From Camelus ferus (lineage: Eukaryota), in NCBI RefSeq assembly GCF_009834535.1, contig NC_045696.1, positions 97,962,001-98,026,000 of the forward strand: a stretch of DNA of 64,000 nt, read 5' to 3'. The position numbers and the translations under genes are program-made. This document shows positions 51,810-64,000 of this stretch, one piece after another. The notes under the pieces were generated by a model, which did no database searches, was not told the origin of the DNA, and was given only the letters and a program-made list of their open reading frames with translations. Each line of letters starts with the position of its first letter. Within the stretch, counting starts at the first letter, position 1.

Positions 51810-54800
51810 TTCTTAAATTTTTTAATTTTACTTTTAAAAAATTTTATTTAAAATAGTTGATTTACACTGTTTTAGTTTCAGATGTACAGCAAAGTGATTC
51901 ATATATATATATATATACACACGCACACATTCTTTTTCATGTTCTTTCCCATTATAGGTTATTATATTAAATATAGTTCCCTGTGCTATACAGTAGGTAT
52001 CTGTTGTTTATTTTATATATAGTAGTATAGTAATATGTTAATCCCAAACTCCTGATTTATCCCCACCCTTCTCTAAGTTTCTTTTCTGTCTGTGAGTTTA
52101 TCTCTGCTTTGTAAATAAGTTCATTTGTATCATTTATTTAGGTTCCACATATAACTAATATCATATATTTCTCTTTGACTTCACTTAATATGATAATCAC
52201 TAGGTCCATCCAAATGGCATTTCATTCTTTTCTATGGCTGAATACTATTCCATTATACATGCATATATATACACATGTGTGTATATATGTATGTATACTC
52301 ACACACACACACACACATATCTTTATCCATTCATCTATTATTGATGGACGTTTAGGTTATTTCTATGTCCTGGTTATTATAAATAGTGCTGCTGTGAACA
52401 TTGGGGTGTACGTATATTTTCAAATTGAATTTTCTCCAGATACATGCCCAGGAGTGGGATTGCTGGATCATATGGTAACTTTTTATTTTTTAAGGAACAT
52501 CCATACTATTCTCCAAGTGGCTGTACCAGTTTACATTTCCACCAATGATGTAGGAGTGTTCCTTTTTCTCCACACCCTCTCCGGCATTGATTATTCATAG
52601 ACTTTTTAATAATGGCTGTTCTGAGTGGTGTGAGGTAATACCTCATTGTAGTTTTGATTTGTGTTTCTCTAATAATTAGCGATATTGAACATCTGTTCAT
52701 GTACCTGTTGGCTATATGTATGTCTTCTTTGGAGAAATGACTATTTAGGTCTTTTGCCCATTTTTGGATTGGGTTGTTTGTTTTTTTGTTATTAAGCTAT
52801 ATGAGCTATTTGTATATTCTGGATATTAAGCTCTTATCAGTCTCATGATTTGCAAATACTTTCTCCCATTCCGTAGGTTGTCTTTTTGTTTTACTTACAG
52901 TTTCCTTTGCTGTGCAACAGCTTTTAAGTTTAATTAGGTCCATTTGTTTAGTTATGCTTTTATTTCTATTGCCTGGGTAGACTGCCCTAGGAGAACATTG
53001 CTAAGATTTTATGTCAGATGTTTTGCCTATCTTTTCTTCTAGGTGTATTAGTGTCTTGCTTTATATTTAAGTCTTTAAGCTATTTTGAGCATATTTTTCT
53101 GTATGGTGTGAGGGACTGTTATAACTTCATTGATTTACATGTGGCTGTCCAGTTTTCCCAACACCACTTGCTGAAGAAACTGTCTTTTCTCCATTGTATA
53201 TTCTTGCCTCCTTTGTTGAAGATTAATTGATGGTAAGTCTGCATTTATTTCTGGGCTCTCTGTTCTGTTCTATTGATCCATACGGCTGTTTGTGCCAGTA
53301 TCACACTGTTTTGATTACTGTAGCTCTGTAGTATTATCTGAAGTCTGGGAGGGTTATTCCTCCAGCTTCATTCTTTTCCTTCAGTATTACTTTGTCATGC
53401 CTGGGTCTTTTGTGATTCTATATAAATTTTAGGATTATTTGTTCTAGTTCTGTGGAAAATGTCCTGGGTAATTTGATAGGGATCACATTAAATCTGTAGA
53501 TTGCTTTGGGCAGTATGGCCATTTTAACAATATTAATTCTTCTAATTGTAGAGCATGAGATACCTTTCCGTTTCTTTAAGTTATCTTTAATTTCCTTAAT
53601 CAGTGTTTTGCAGTTCTCCATGTATAAGTCTTTCACCTTCTTGGTAAGATTTATTCCTAACTTTTTTTTTTTTTTTTGGATGCAATTTTTAAAAGGGATT
53701 GTTTCTTTACTTTTCTTTTCTGATATTTCATTGTTTAGTATAAAGAAACGCAACTGATTTCAGTATGTTAATCTTGTATCCTGCCACCTTGCCAGATTCC
53801 TTTATCAGCTCTAGTAGTTTTTGTGTGAAGCTTTTAGGGTTTTCTGTATATAGTATCATATCCACATATAGTGATAATTTTACTTCTTCTCTTCCACTTT
53901 GGAACCCTTTTATTTCTTTTCCTTGCCTGATTGCTGTGGTTAGGACTTGTAAAACTATGTTGAATAGAAGTGGTGAAAATGGCCTTCCTCGTCTTGTTCC
54001 AGATTTTAGTGGAAAGGCTTTCAGTTTTTCATCGTTGAGTATTATGCTGGCTGTGGGTTTGTTGTAAACAGCTTTTATTTTGTTTAGGTATGTCCCCTCT
54101 ATACCCACTTTGGTAAGAGTTTTTATTATAAATAGGTGTTGAATTTTATCAAATGCTTTTTCTGCATATGTTGAGATGATCATGTGATTTTTGTCCTTTC
54201 TTTTGTTGATTTGGTGTATCACATTGATTGATTTGCATATGTTGAACCATCTTTGTGTCCCTGGGATGAGTCCAACTTGATTATGGTGTATGATCTTTTT
54301 TATGTGTTGTTCGATTCTGTTTGCTAATAAGGATTTTTACATCTATGTTCATCAGTGATAATGGCCTGCAATTTTATTTTATGCTAGTGTCTTTCGTTTT
54401 GTTGTCAGGGTAATGGTGGCTTCGTAGAATGAAAGAGTTTGAGAAGGATCAGTGTGAGTTCTTCTTTGTATGTTTGGTAGAATTCCCCAGTGAAACCATC
54501 TGGTCCTGGCCTTTTGTTTGCAGTTAGGTTTTGTTTGCTGATTCTATTTCACGTCTAGTGATTGGTCTGTTCAAGTGATCTGTTTCTTCTTGATTGAGTC
54601 TTGGTGGACTGTATGTTTCTAGAAATTTGTCCATTTCTTCTAGGTTGTCCAATTTGTTGCCGTACAGTTGTTCATAATATTCTTTTCTGGTTTTTTGTAT
54701 TTCTGTGGTGTTGGTGTAATTTCTCCACTTTCCTTTCTTACTTTATCTGTTTCCTCTCTCTCAGCCTTGCGAGAGGTTTGTTGATTTTGTTTACTCTTTC

Positions 54801-57800
54801 AAAACAGCTCTTGATTTGATTGATTTGTTTCTATTTTTTAAAATCTGTTTTCTTCCTCCCTGATCTTTATTATTTCTTTTCTTCTGCTGACTTTTAAGTT
54901 TTATTTGTTCTTCTTTTTCTAACTCTTTAAGGTGGTAGGTTAGGTTGTTTATTTGAGATTGTTCTTGTTTTTTGAGGAAGGCTTGTATTGCTGTCAACTT
55001 ACCTCTTAGGACTGCTTTTGCTGGATCCCATAGATCTTGTGTGGTTGTGTTTTCATTATCATTTGTCTCGGGTATTTTTTTATTTCTTCTTTGATTTCAT
55101 CATTGACCCATTGGTTTTTTTAAGTAACATGTTGTTTAGGCTCCATGCAGTCGTTTTTTCCTCATTTTCCCCCTATGGTTGATTTCTAGTTTCATGCCAT
55201 TGTGGTCAGAAAAGATGCTCAGAATAATTTCTATCCTCTTAAATTTGTTGAGGCTTCTTTTGTGTCTGAGTTGTGGTCTATCGGCTTATATTCTGTTTTG
55301 GGGGGATGTAATGTGCTAAAAATATCAATTAAGTCCAGCTGTTCTATTGTGTCATTTAGTATCTCCATTGCCTTATTGATTTTCTGTCTGGAAGATGTGT
55401 CCAATGATGTTAGTGGGGTGTTAAAGTCTCCTACTATTGTGTTCCCATCAGTTTCTCTCTTTATGTCTATTTATTTTATATATCTAGATGCTTCTACATT
55501 GGGTGCATATATGTTAATTACTATAATATCCTGTTTTATTGCTCCTTTCATCATTATATAGTGTCTTTCTTTATGGCCTTTGTTTTAAAGTCTGTTTTGT
55601 GTGATATGAGTATTGCTATCCTCGCTTTCTTGTCATTTCCATGAAATATCTTTTTGTATCCTCTTACTTTCAGTCTATGTATGTCCTTTGCTCTAACATG
55701 GGTCTCTTGTAGGCAGCATATTGGAGGCTCTTGTTTTATTATCCAATCTGCCATTCTGTGTCTTTTGATTGGAGCACTTAGTCCATTGACATTTATGGTA
55801 ATTGTTGATAGATGTGTGTTTATTGCCATTTTAATCTTTGTTTTCCAATTGATTTGGTATTTTTTCTTTGTTCCTTTCTTTCCTTTTTTCTTTTTATGTT
55901 TTTTTGCTTGTTTGTTTGTTTACTTTTTAAATTTAATTTTGGGGAGTGGTAATTAGGTTTTTTTTTTTAATGGAGATAGTAGGGGGTTGAACCCAGGACC
56001 TCGTGCATGCTAAGCACACGCTCTACCACTGAGCTATACCCTCCCCCAGTAATTTTCTTTTGTATTAGCTTGGTTTATTTTTGATTTTTGTGACTCTATT
56101 GTATTGCTTTTAATTTGTGGTTTCCCTGTTTTACAAGTATGTTAACTCATTAACTATATCCGTTTGCTTTAGACTGATAGTCATATAGGCTCAAACACAT
56201 CCTAAGAAGAACGAAGAGAAAAATCTACATTTTCTTGCTCCCCTCTACCACATTTTATGTTTTGATGTCCTCTTTTATATCTTGTTTATTCTCTTGCAGC
56301 TCATTGTAGTTACTGCATTTCCAGTTATGATTTTCTTTTTTCTGTAGCTTCTCTGCTTATTTTCTATTTAGACAAGACTTTTCAGTATTTCTTTTGGGAT
56401 AGGTTTAGCATTGCTGAGTTCTTTTAGTTTTTGCTTGTCTGTGAAATTCTTTATCTCTCCTTCTATTCTAAAGGATAGTCTTGGTGGGTAGAGTACCTTG
56501 GATTGCAGATTTTTCTCATTCAGGACTTTGAATATATCTTGCTTCTCCCTTCTGGCCAGCAGTGTTTGTGCAGATAAATCAGCTGAAAGCCTTATGGGGG
56601 TCCCCTTTTAACTAACTTTGTTTTTCTTTTGCTGCCTTTAGAATCTTTTCTTTAACTGCAGCCATCTTAATTATATGTCTTGGTGTAGTTCTGTTTGGGT
56701 TCATCTTGTTTGGGACCCTCTGTACTTCCTATACTTGGATATCTGTTTCCTTCTTTAGATTTGGGAAGTTTTTAGTCATGATTTCTTCAAATACGTTTTC
56801 GATCTCCCTGTCTCTTGCTTCTCCTTTTGGGACCCCTATTATGCATAGATTGACACACTTTATATTATCCCATAGGTCTCTTATATTGCTTTCATCGATT
56901 TTCATTTGATTTTCTGCTTGCTATTCTAATTGAGTGATTTCTGTTATCCTGTCTTCTAAATCATTTATTTGTTCTTCTGTATTATTTAGTCTGCTTTTGA
57001 CTGCCTTTAGCTCAGCTTTTATCTCAGCAGTTGAGTTTTCTGATTAATTGGATTCTCTTTATAGTTTCTGTTTGGTTTCTTTAGTATTCTGCATTTCTGT
57101 TGGTAGTCTCTTATTTCCTTCAGTGCTTTCATCACCTTCTTGAAGTCATGATATAGTAGGCTCTCTTGGTCTATTTCATTGTTTATTCTTTCAGGGGACT
57201 TCTCTTGTTCTTTTAATTGGAAGTGATTCCTATACTTCTTCATTTTACTCATATTTCTTTGACTGTGAATTTAGGAGTAAGTTATCTACTGTGGTCTTGA
57301 AGGGCTGTTTCATTTATTTGTTTTTTAAGTGTGAGCATTCCTATGTAGACTGTGCATCTAATAATTTTGTCATGAGGGCTGTTTTTACTATGGATGGTTG
57401 CCATCTTTCCTCCATGTGTGCTGGCTGTTGTCACCTTGATTGAGGGCATGTTTGGTGGTGTGGTGACCAGAGCCTACCCTGTTTGTTAAGCCAGGTCCTC
57501 TTCGTTGCTCTGTGGTTGTCACAGCCCAGATAGGGACTGGTTTTGCTCCGCTGTTGTTGGAATCTGAGCTGTGCTGTGTGGTATGTGGGACTGGAGTGCT
57601 TCTGTTAGAAGAGGAGCCACTGAGTATTCCTCTGTAGGAGATGTCCACTGGGGAGTGCCCTCTGTGGTGTTGTCTGACACTTGTTATGTGGGCTTACAAA
57701 GTACACTTTGTTGACACTGCCCTTGTCCCTGCCTCAGCCTTGGGAATATTGGCAACCCACTCGTGTTTGTCCAGGTTCTGCACCTGCAGAGCCGCCGGTG

Positions 57801-58804
57801 TAGATCTGCCAACATCAGGCACTAGGACCCACCGTAGTGCACCAGACCCCAGCCCTGAATCTGCATATGATACACAGGCCCACTGTTCACACCAAACCCT
57901 CCCCTGCGGTGTGCCAGAACTTGGCTTGTTCACCTTAGAGGCGCAGGTCCACAGAGGCAGATTTGCTCAGCGGAGCAAATCTGCCACCTCTGCCAGGGGC
58001 TAGAATCAAATTTCAGTCCTGCTTGTGAAGTTGCAGGACCCTTGGGTGTGGATTCAGGTTTTGGCCCTGCCTCCACCAGGAGTCACACAGCAGTGATTGT
58101 GCCCCTCCATAGCAAACCAAGAAGATGGCTAGAAGATGGCTGTGTCTGAATCCCGCCTCTCTCTTCAGGAGAATGTGCACCAACAGTGGTGCTGAGCAAA
58201 CACCCTCTGAGCTGGTGGAGATGTCTGCTGTGGCTGGGCTGTGGTGTGCCCCTCTCCACTGTGCACACCAGCAGTGGTGCTTTTTATGGGGTGTTCTGTT
58301 CTGCACACACTCCCAGCCTCAGCCTGCACCACACTCCAGCCCCCCGAGGCTGCCTCAGTCAGCCCCAGTCCTCTCCCTGGGCTCGACCACTGAAGCCAGT
58401 TCTCCTGTAGCCTGGCCAGCCTGCTCCTGCCAACGCCATCTCAGGCTAGGGATCGCAGGGACCCTCTGTGCTGTTTTCTCTCAGTTCTGTCTGCTGAGCG
58501 CCTGCTGCTTTCTCCTCTGAGCCTTGGAAGCTCCCTCTTTGTCCCCACTGACCTCCTCGCTGAAGAGGTGGCTTCCCAGAGGGAGGGCACTTTTCCTCCT
58601 TTGCTGCTCCCTCCCCAGGGGACAGGTCCCGCACCGATTTCCTTTTTCTTTTTCCTCTATCAGTTTTGTGAGGACTTCCTTGTATTTCCAATGTAAGAGA
58701 TACTCTGCCAAAGTTCAGTAGGTATTCTGTGTGAATTTTGCTGTATTCATGGAAGAGGGTAAGCTAGGCGTATCCTGCTGCTTCACCATCTTGGCCCAGC
58801 CCCC
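51810..58804 (-). mobile_element. Near full-length (~7 kb) decayed LINE-1 in HLTF intron 24: 5' UTR 58804-57253, ORF1 ~57252-56368, ORF2 ~55829-52150, 3' UTR and tail
   Basis: ORF pieces MSKMKKYRNHFQLKEQEKSPE (ORF1 start), MAINTHLSTITINVNGLSAPIKRHR (endonuclease), [10 protein letters not shown]...[11 protein letters not shown]...LYVDMILY (RT). GC-rich 5' end GGGGGCTGGGCCAAGATGG. Multiple stops and frameshifts. Confidence 0.95.
55895..56047 (-). mobile_element. tRNA-derived SINE (Vic-1-like) inside the L1 inter-ORF spacer
   Basis: Reverse complement GGGGGAGGGTATAGCTCAGTGGTAGAGCGTGTGCTTAGCATGCACGAGGTCCTGGGTTCAACCCCC, A-run, CCTAATTACCACTCCCC. Confidence 0.9.
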
Positions 58805-59540
58805 TGTACAGTGTTGAAGGGTAGTGACAGTAATCATTCTTGATTTACTCCTGTCTGTGTTGGGGATACTTGTATTGTTTTACATTAAGTATGTTGTTCT
58901 TGGTAAGTTTCTAGTAGATGCCCTTAATCAAGTTGATATTTATTTCTTGATTAATTAAGATTTTTTAGTCAGGGTTTTTATCAGCAATAAATGTTGAGTT
59001 TTATGAAATGCTTCTTTAGCATCTATTTAGATGATCTTCTTTTTATCTTTAATTTTTAACCTTATGAATTATACCAGATGAAGCCTTATTCTTGGATATC
59101 TGTGAAAATCTCATTTGGCTTTTTAAATATAATGCTAAATTTACTTTGCTAATATTCCAGCTACACAATTGCCTATAAAGTTTGGTTTTTGAGTGCTGTT
59201 CTTATCTGATGATGAGCTTGTAATATGTAACTTACGTCCTTACAGCTATATTCTTTATACAGGAAAACTGTATTGAATGATAAGGGAAAGCGGTGCTCAT
59301 CTCTAGTTATTATATCAGGTTCTAAATATTCTCACTGTGTACTGAGGGAAAAAGAAGAGCTAAACTGCTTCTGATAGATTATTATTGACAGTTTTTGAAA
59401 GCTACAGAATACCGTAAAGCAGATTCCTTTATAAGCAGAGCATCATTTCATCATGTCTCAGTTTTTTTTTACATTGAAGAGTTTAAGTATTGTGACCTAA
59501 AAAGTATTTAACCAATTTAACTTTTTTTTTTTTTTTAAAG

Positions 59541-59693
59541 TTCATTGTGAAGGACTCTGTTGAAGAAAATATGCTGAAAATACAAAACACAAAGAGAGAA
59601 CTTGCAGCTGGAGCCTTTGGAACTAAAAAAACAAATGCTAGTGACATGAAACAAGCTAAAATTAATGAAATCAAAACTTTGATTGATTTATAA
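59541..59693 (+). CDS. HLTF: HLTF exon 25 coding part (FIVKDSVEENMLKIQ...IKTLIDL*)
   Basis: aag|TTC ATT GTG ... GAT TTA TAA; 153 nt. Confidence 0.97.
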   Translation, partial: FIVKDSVEENMLKIQNTKRELAAGAFGTKKTNASDMKQAKINEIKTLIDL

Positions 59694-60306
59694 TTTGTGG
59701 GATTTAGGTAAGGTCAGTGTGATCAGATATATTCAGAATTTTTGGAAATGAGAAAAATACAGTTTTAGAAATGAGATCTAGAGTATGTCTTACGTCTCCT
59801 AAAAGGGGCATATCGTTTTATATTAGTGAAGAGGTATTACTGATACATAGTCTGCTTCTATATATGAACCTATTTTTAATGATGTTTCAAATAGCAATAA
59901 GTTCTGTTACATACTGTGGCCTAAAACAATTTTTTGAGAAAAAAAAGTTAGTTTGTTATTCAAGTTTTCATAGTTTCTATGCTGAGTATTTTCATATATC
60001 TTCCAAGTACTCAGCTTTTTCATATTTCAGATTAAGGTCAAACCTTTTATACTTTTGACCAAATAAAAGTTATTTTCTGTGTTGGACACATTTGGTTATT
60101 CATCAGAGCCTTCCATTTGTGATGCAGTGGATTCACAGTCCTTGTAGATAACTAATATGTGTACAGACTGTACAGGTAATTGATTTTATTGGACCACGAA
60201 AAACCGTATTTGCATTCCAGAACCTTAAATGAGAGACCAAAGTCCAGGTTATAGCAAGTTACTTGGGTTTGTGGGTTTTTTTGTTTTGTTCTTGGGGTTT
60301 TTTTGT

Positions 60307-60341
<35 letters not shown>

Positions 60342-61860
60342 GTTTCATTGAGCTAAAATTCATATAAGTGACTTGCAATTTTGTGTTCATAAAAAAATTA
60401 GGGACTGTGTTAGAGCGCTGTTTTCTCCATTTTAGCCAGGTGGTGTTCTTTGTTTAAATGTAACTCAGTGTGTTAGTGTGTAAATACAGTCTGTAGGGTT
60501 AGAAGGAACAGCTTCTCCCAATTTGATTTGAATATTTAAATTATGGAATTGCTGAAGAGGTATTTCTATATATAGATAATTTTTATTTATGTAGCTTTTA
60601 AGAAATAACTTTATAAATTTTTATAATTCAGAAGACTACTATATGTGAGTCATGATAATTGGGATGGAAGTTGGTCTGGATGACCTCCAAAATTGTTTCA
60701 ACTCTTAAAGACATCTTAATCTCTGAATGGAAATTTTCTTTGCTATTGTGTTTAGAATCAGAATTTGATTTTGGAACTTCAGTAATTCATCCTTACACCT
60801 ATCTATAGAACTAGTCATCTTGTTCCTACTTTTTGTTAATAATCAAACGCACAGTAGTTGCCACAGAATTCTGAATGACTATTTCAGTCACATTTAAAAC
60901 AAGCTATAAATTTAGCGATCAGGTTAGGTAGTCAGTGGCTTTTCTCCTTAAGGGAAACTTTTAACTTGAAAGAAGAAATTAGTTACTTAATAGGAGAAGT
61001 GTCATGTTTGAAGATACAGATTTAACACCTTGTATTTTATACTTACAGTGTTAGAAGTGACTTCACTGAAAGATAAGAGGAGATTGGAGGCAGGGTTGTA
61101 TTCTAGGACACACATCTTAAGATATGTGCTAAATCTATCAGCAGCTAAATCCTTCCCTCTCTGTGCCCTGTACCTTGCTCCAAGGGAACAGTGGATTAGG
61201 CAGCAAGAATCTTCCCAGTCCCTTTTCTCTCCGGCAGCAGGTGAGGCAGAGGGCTGAGGGAAGGGACCAACAGACCTTTCTGCAGAGATGAGAGTAGCGT
61301 AATAACTTGAAGTTGGTCCACTAGCATAAGGAGCAGTAGGGAAGTTCTTTACCTTGTAGGACTAGCATTACACAAAAAATCAGGTTGATCAGAATCTCAC
61401 AAAGTATAGTATGTGGGTTCTCTATATATAAATACTGCAGTGAGATTAAGTGTAAAAAGAGTTTGCAGCAAAAAACACCATCTACTTTTGTTTACAAAGG
61501 CAAAACCTTGCAAACTCACTGTAAAGGTGAAGACTTTGCTGCTTCCTTACCCAGACATTTATAGACTTGTGTTTTGAAACACATTCATAATGATAAATTT
61601 GGCAAGTCATTTAAAACAATATCATTCTGTTTTTGTACAGTTCTATTAAACGGTTTTAAATAAAAAACAACAAATTCATCCTAGGAAAATATGTAAACCA
61701 CTGGAATGAAAAGTTCACGTTTATGCTGTTAACTCTGTTTCATTATGTAGAGTAATAACTTTAGAAATATCTTTAAAGCATTGTATCCCCACTTGTGGTT
61801 CAAACTGCATTTTGTTTTAAATTTAAAATCAATAAAAGTTTTAAAAATTATTAGCTTCCT
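59694..61860 (+). other. HLTF: HLTF 3' UTR with candidate poly(A) signals AATAAA at 60062, 61659 and 61831
   Basis: AU-rich, repeat-poor sequence after the stop codon. The hexamers are read directly; the 3' end is inferred. Confidence 0.6.
60262..60338. repeat. GT-rich low-complexity tract ending in a ~29-nt T run, in the HLTF 3' UTR
   Basis: Read directly. Confidence 0.9.
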
Positions 61861-64000
61861 TGGTGCCATAATTTTAATGAGTACTTTTTCTTTAAAGAAC
61901 ATTTAATCTTTATAAATCATACACTTCTGTTAAGATGTCTATATTATATAATTATTTAATTTTTATTGACAGTACATTAAAAAACAATGAGTGAGAATAA
62001 TTGACTCATATTCCTGCCCTTTTAAAATTTTACTCAGTTTCAATTTAACTAGTTAACTTTCTTGTTTAGAAATCAGTGTATATATTTTTAAACTTTATGT
62101 TAAATATCTTGATCTTCTTAAACATTGGTTTCAATTACTTTTATGTCCCCGTCTGCCAGGAAAAAAAGAGTTGTGATGATAGCTATGTGTAGTGGTATAC
62201 TAGGTAAACACTCTGTATTGTAGATTTTGCCTTAATTACAGCTCCAGGATTGGAAATAATCAGGAAAATAATCATCTTATATTTAATACTGCTGAGTACC
62301 AATAAAATTATATTCACACAGAGTATGTTTTCTCTTGGGGGATATCAAAGGCATTGGTGTATTTTTTCTTCATTTTATTTCTAGTGCTTGCCAAAGTTCT
62401 GTTCATTAGTATTTGGAAGGAAGAATCATTAAAAACAGGACAAATTTTATGTTCTTGTTTATTAACAAGAATTCAAATGCTTAACCTTAAGTTTTCAACT
62501 ATTTTAACTTTAAAATTCTTGCAAAAGATTTAACACAATAGCTTTCCTTCATTTAATTCACCAGTCTGTATGTAATGACTTTCCTTACAAGTTCTACATT
62601 CTGTAATTTGGTACCTCATTTGTGTGATACTTCTGAATAAAAAAAGCCAAAGATACTGATAGCTGTGAATGATGGTTGACATGCTTCCCTGCAGTAATGT
62701 CTACTTCAAAGGGGAAACTGTTGACTTAGAAACTCAGTAAGCAGATGTAGTGTTTTTTTCTTCCATGTTAATATAGTCATATTTATTGTGTAGTAATAAG
62801 GGAGAACAGTCTTCTCGTTGAAGCCATAACAATTTACTGCTTTTGATGGGATAGATGAGATATTTTTCCCAGTCAGATCTTTTAGTGGTTAAAATGGGAT
62901 TCAAAAAAATCTCTTTTCCAGCTCCCTACTCAACCTTCCTGATCAAGAATTTTCTGACAAATTTAAACCATTTCTACCTTTAAATATGAAAATTAATTTC
63001 TATATGAAAATAATACAACTGTAATAATGTATATAATTTAATGTACATGGAACAGGACACCTACATTAACCTCAATCAAGTTATAATAGCTAGGCTACAT
63101 TGGGACTTCATTTAGGACAAATGTCAAAATGATTTCTTAGATTGGTAGATAAAACAAATTCTAGGGCATGTCTTTGCACATCTGAAACCCAGTTTAGACT
63201 ATTCTAAGAGGGTATTTAATGTATCAGATGTAATATTACAAGTCATCAAAGAGATTATATACTGTTAAAACATGCTCTATTTGCTAAAGCAGCAATGGGA
63301 CTAATGTTTTAGGAACATTTTCACTAAGTTTTGCCATCTTTTCAGCATTCTAGCTCATTAAAAAGGCAGATAAAATTAACTAGGATACAGCTTCCTGAAT
63401 GTTTAAACCAATTTACCCTTTTTGTTAGGATAGGGAAGGGCTATTCCCTAATAGTACATTGTAGGTTTTTTACACAGATTTTTGCACTGGTATCATCAAT
63501 ATATTGATAATGGTAAATATTTCGTGATAAATTGTTTAGTGAAGGACACTTAATATGCTTCTTGCAGATACAGGGAAAAGCAAGAATTAAGGTAAACATT
63601 CACGATATGCGTGAATCATAGACCTTGATCAAGCATGGAGCTCATCTCCAAAGGCATGTTTCTGACCTTTGTGTGGTTAAATTTGTCTTATAGTCAAAGG
63701 CTATTATATACCCATCACTGTTTACAAGGGGATTAAAAAAAATAAGGCTATATTGATCACCTCCACAAATGTATGTTCTTGTGTCTGAGTAGCTGTTGTC
63801 TATTTACACATCTTACTAAATGACCCTTGGTATTTTAGGCTCCCTGGAAAACATTTTGCAATATAATTATGCAGTTCTGCATGGCAAAGTTAATACTTCA
63901 CCTTAATAAAGGTGTATCTTGGAAGATCAGGGAAGGAAATCTGAGTGACTTCCCAGCCTTTTTTATGCACATTATATGCTTTTTCCTATGCTAAATTTGT

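Larger units (their letters stand above)
6926..59693 (+). other. HLTF: HLTF gene body (start to stop codon), 25 coding exons. Spliced CDS is 3025 nt as written, or 3024 nt / 1007 aa if the extra G in exon 8 is removed
   Basis: Spliced translation MSWMFKRDPVWKYLQTVQYG...AKINEIKTLIDL* follows recalled mammalian HLTF colinearly. It includes HIRAN, Walker A DDMGLGKT, the DEGH box, a C3HC4 RING and helicase-C motifs. All introns are GT-AG with consistent phases. Confidence 0.98.

Noticed and set aside
53418..55829. Reverse transcriptase and endonuclease ORFs as a novel RT system or an active element
   Set aside because: Ordinary LINE-1 ORF2 broken into many frames; the catalytic YADD-type motif is degraded (LYVDM).
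57388..58721. Cluster of GC-rich ORFs suggesting a second gene or CpG island
   Set aside because: It lies within the L1 5' UTR and is CpG-depleted.
6926..59693. Calling HLTF a pseudogene
   Set aside because: Only one lesion in 25 exons, with catalytic motifs, splice sites and the CpG island intact; an error or recent allele is more parsimonious.
62000..64000. GYG1 coding exon
   Set aside because: I recognised no glycogenin-like reading frame; only a synteny-based UTR hypothesis is kept.

Overview
Mammalian genomic DNA, very likely camelid, judging from four tRNA-Ala-derived SINEs that resemble the camelid Vic-1 family. The window holds one complete protein-coding gene on the + strand, HLTF (helicase-like transcription factor; HIRAN domain, SNF2 ATPase, RING E3 ligase). 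It has a CpG-island promoter at ~6.4-7.2 kb, 25 coding exons from ATG 6926 to TAA 59693 (all introns GT-AG), and a ~2.1 kb 3' UTR. Exon 8 as written has one extra G (run 21549-21551) that shifts the frame to a TGA at 21567-21569. The other 24 exons are intact, so this is either an assembly error or a recent loss-of-function allele. Just upstream, on the - strand, is a decayed, intronless, mRNA-like segment (~5100-6100), probably a retrocopy of an unidentified gene, oriented head-to-head with HLTF. The introns contain a near full-length antisense LINE-1 (last intron), a 5'-inverted LINE-1 with a large internal deletion (intron 13), a near-complete Charlie1-type hAT fossil, LTR fragments, MIRs and L2s. 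I found no prokaryotic-type system, CRISPR array or genuine RNA gene. Repeat-family names and comparisons to human HLTF come from recall, not database searches, and repeat boundaries are approximate.
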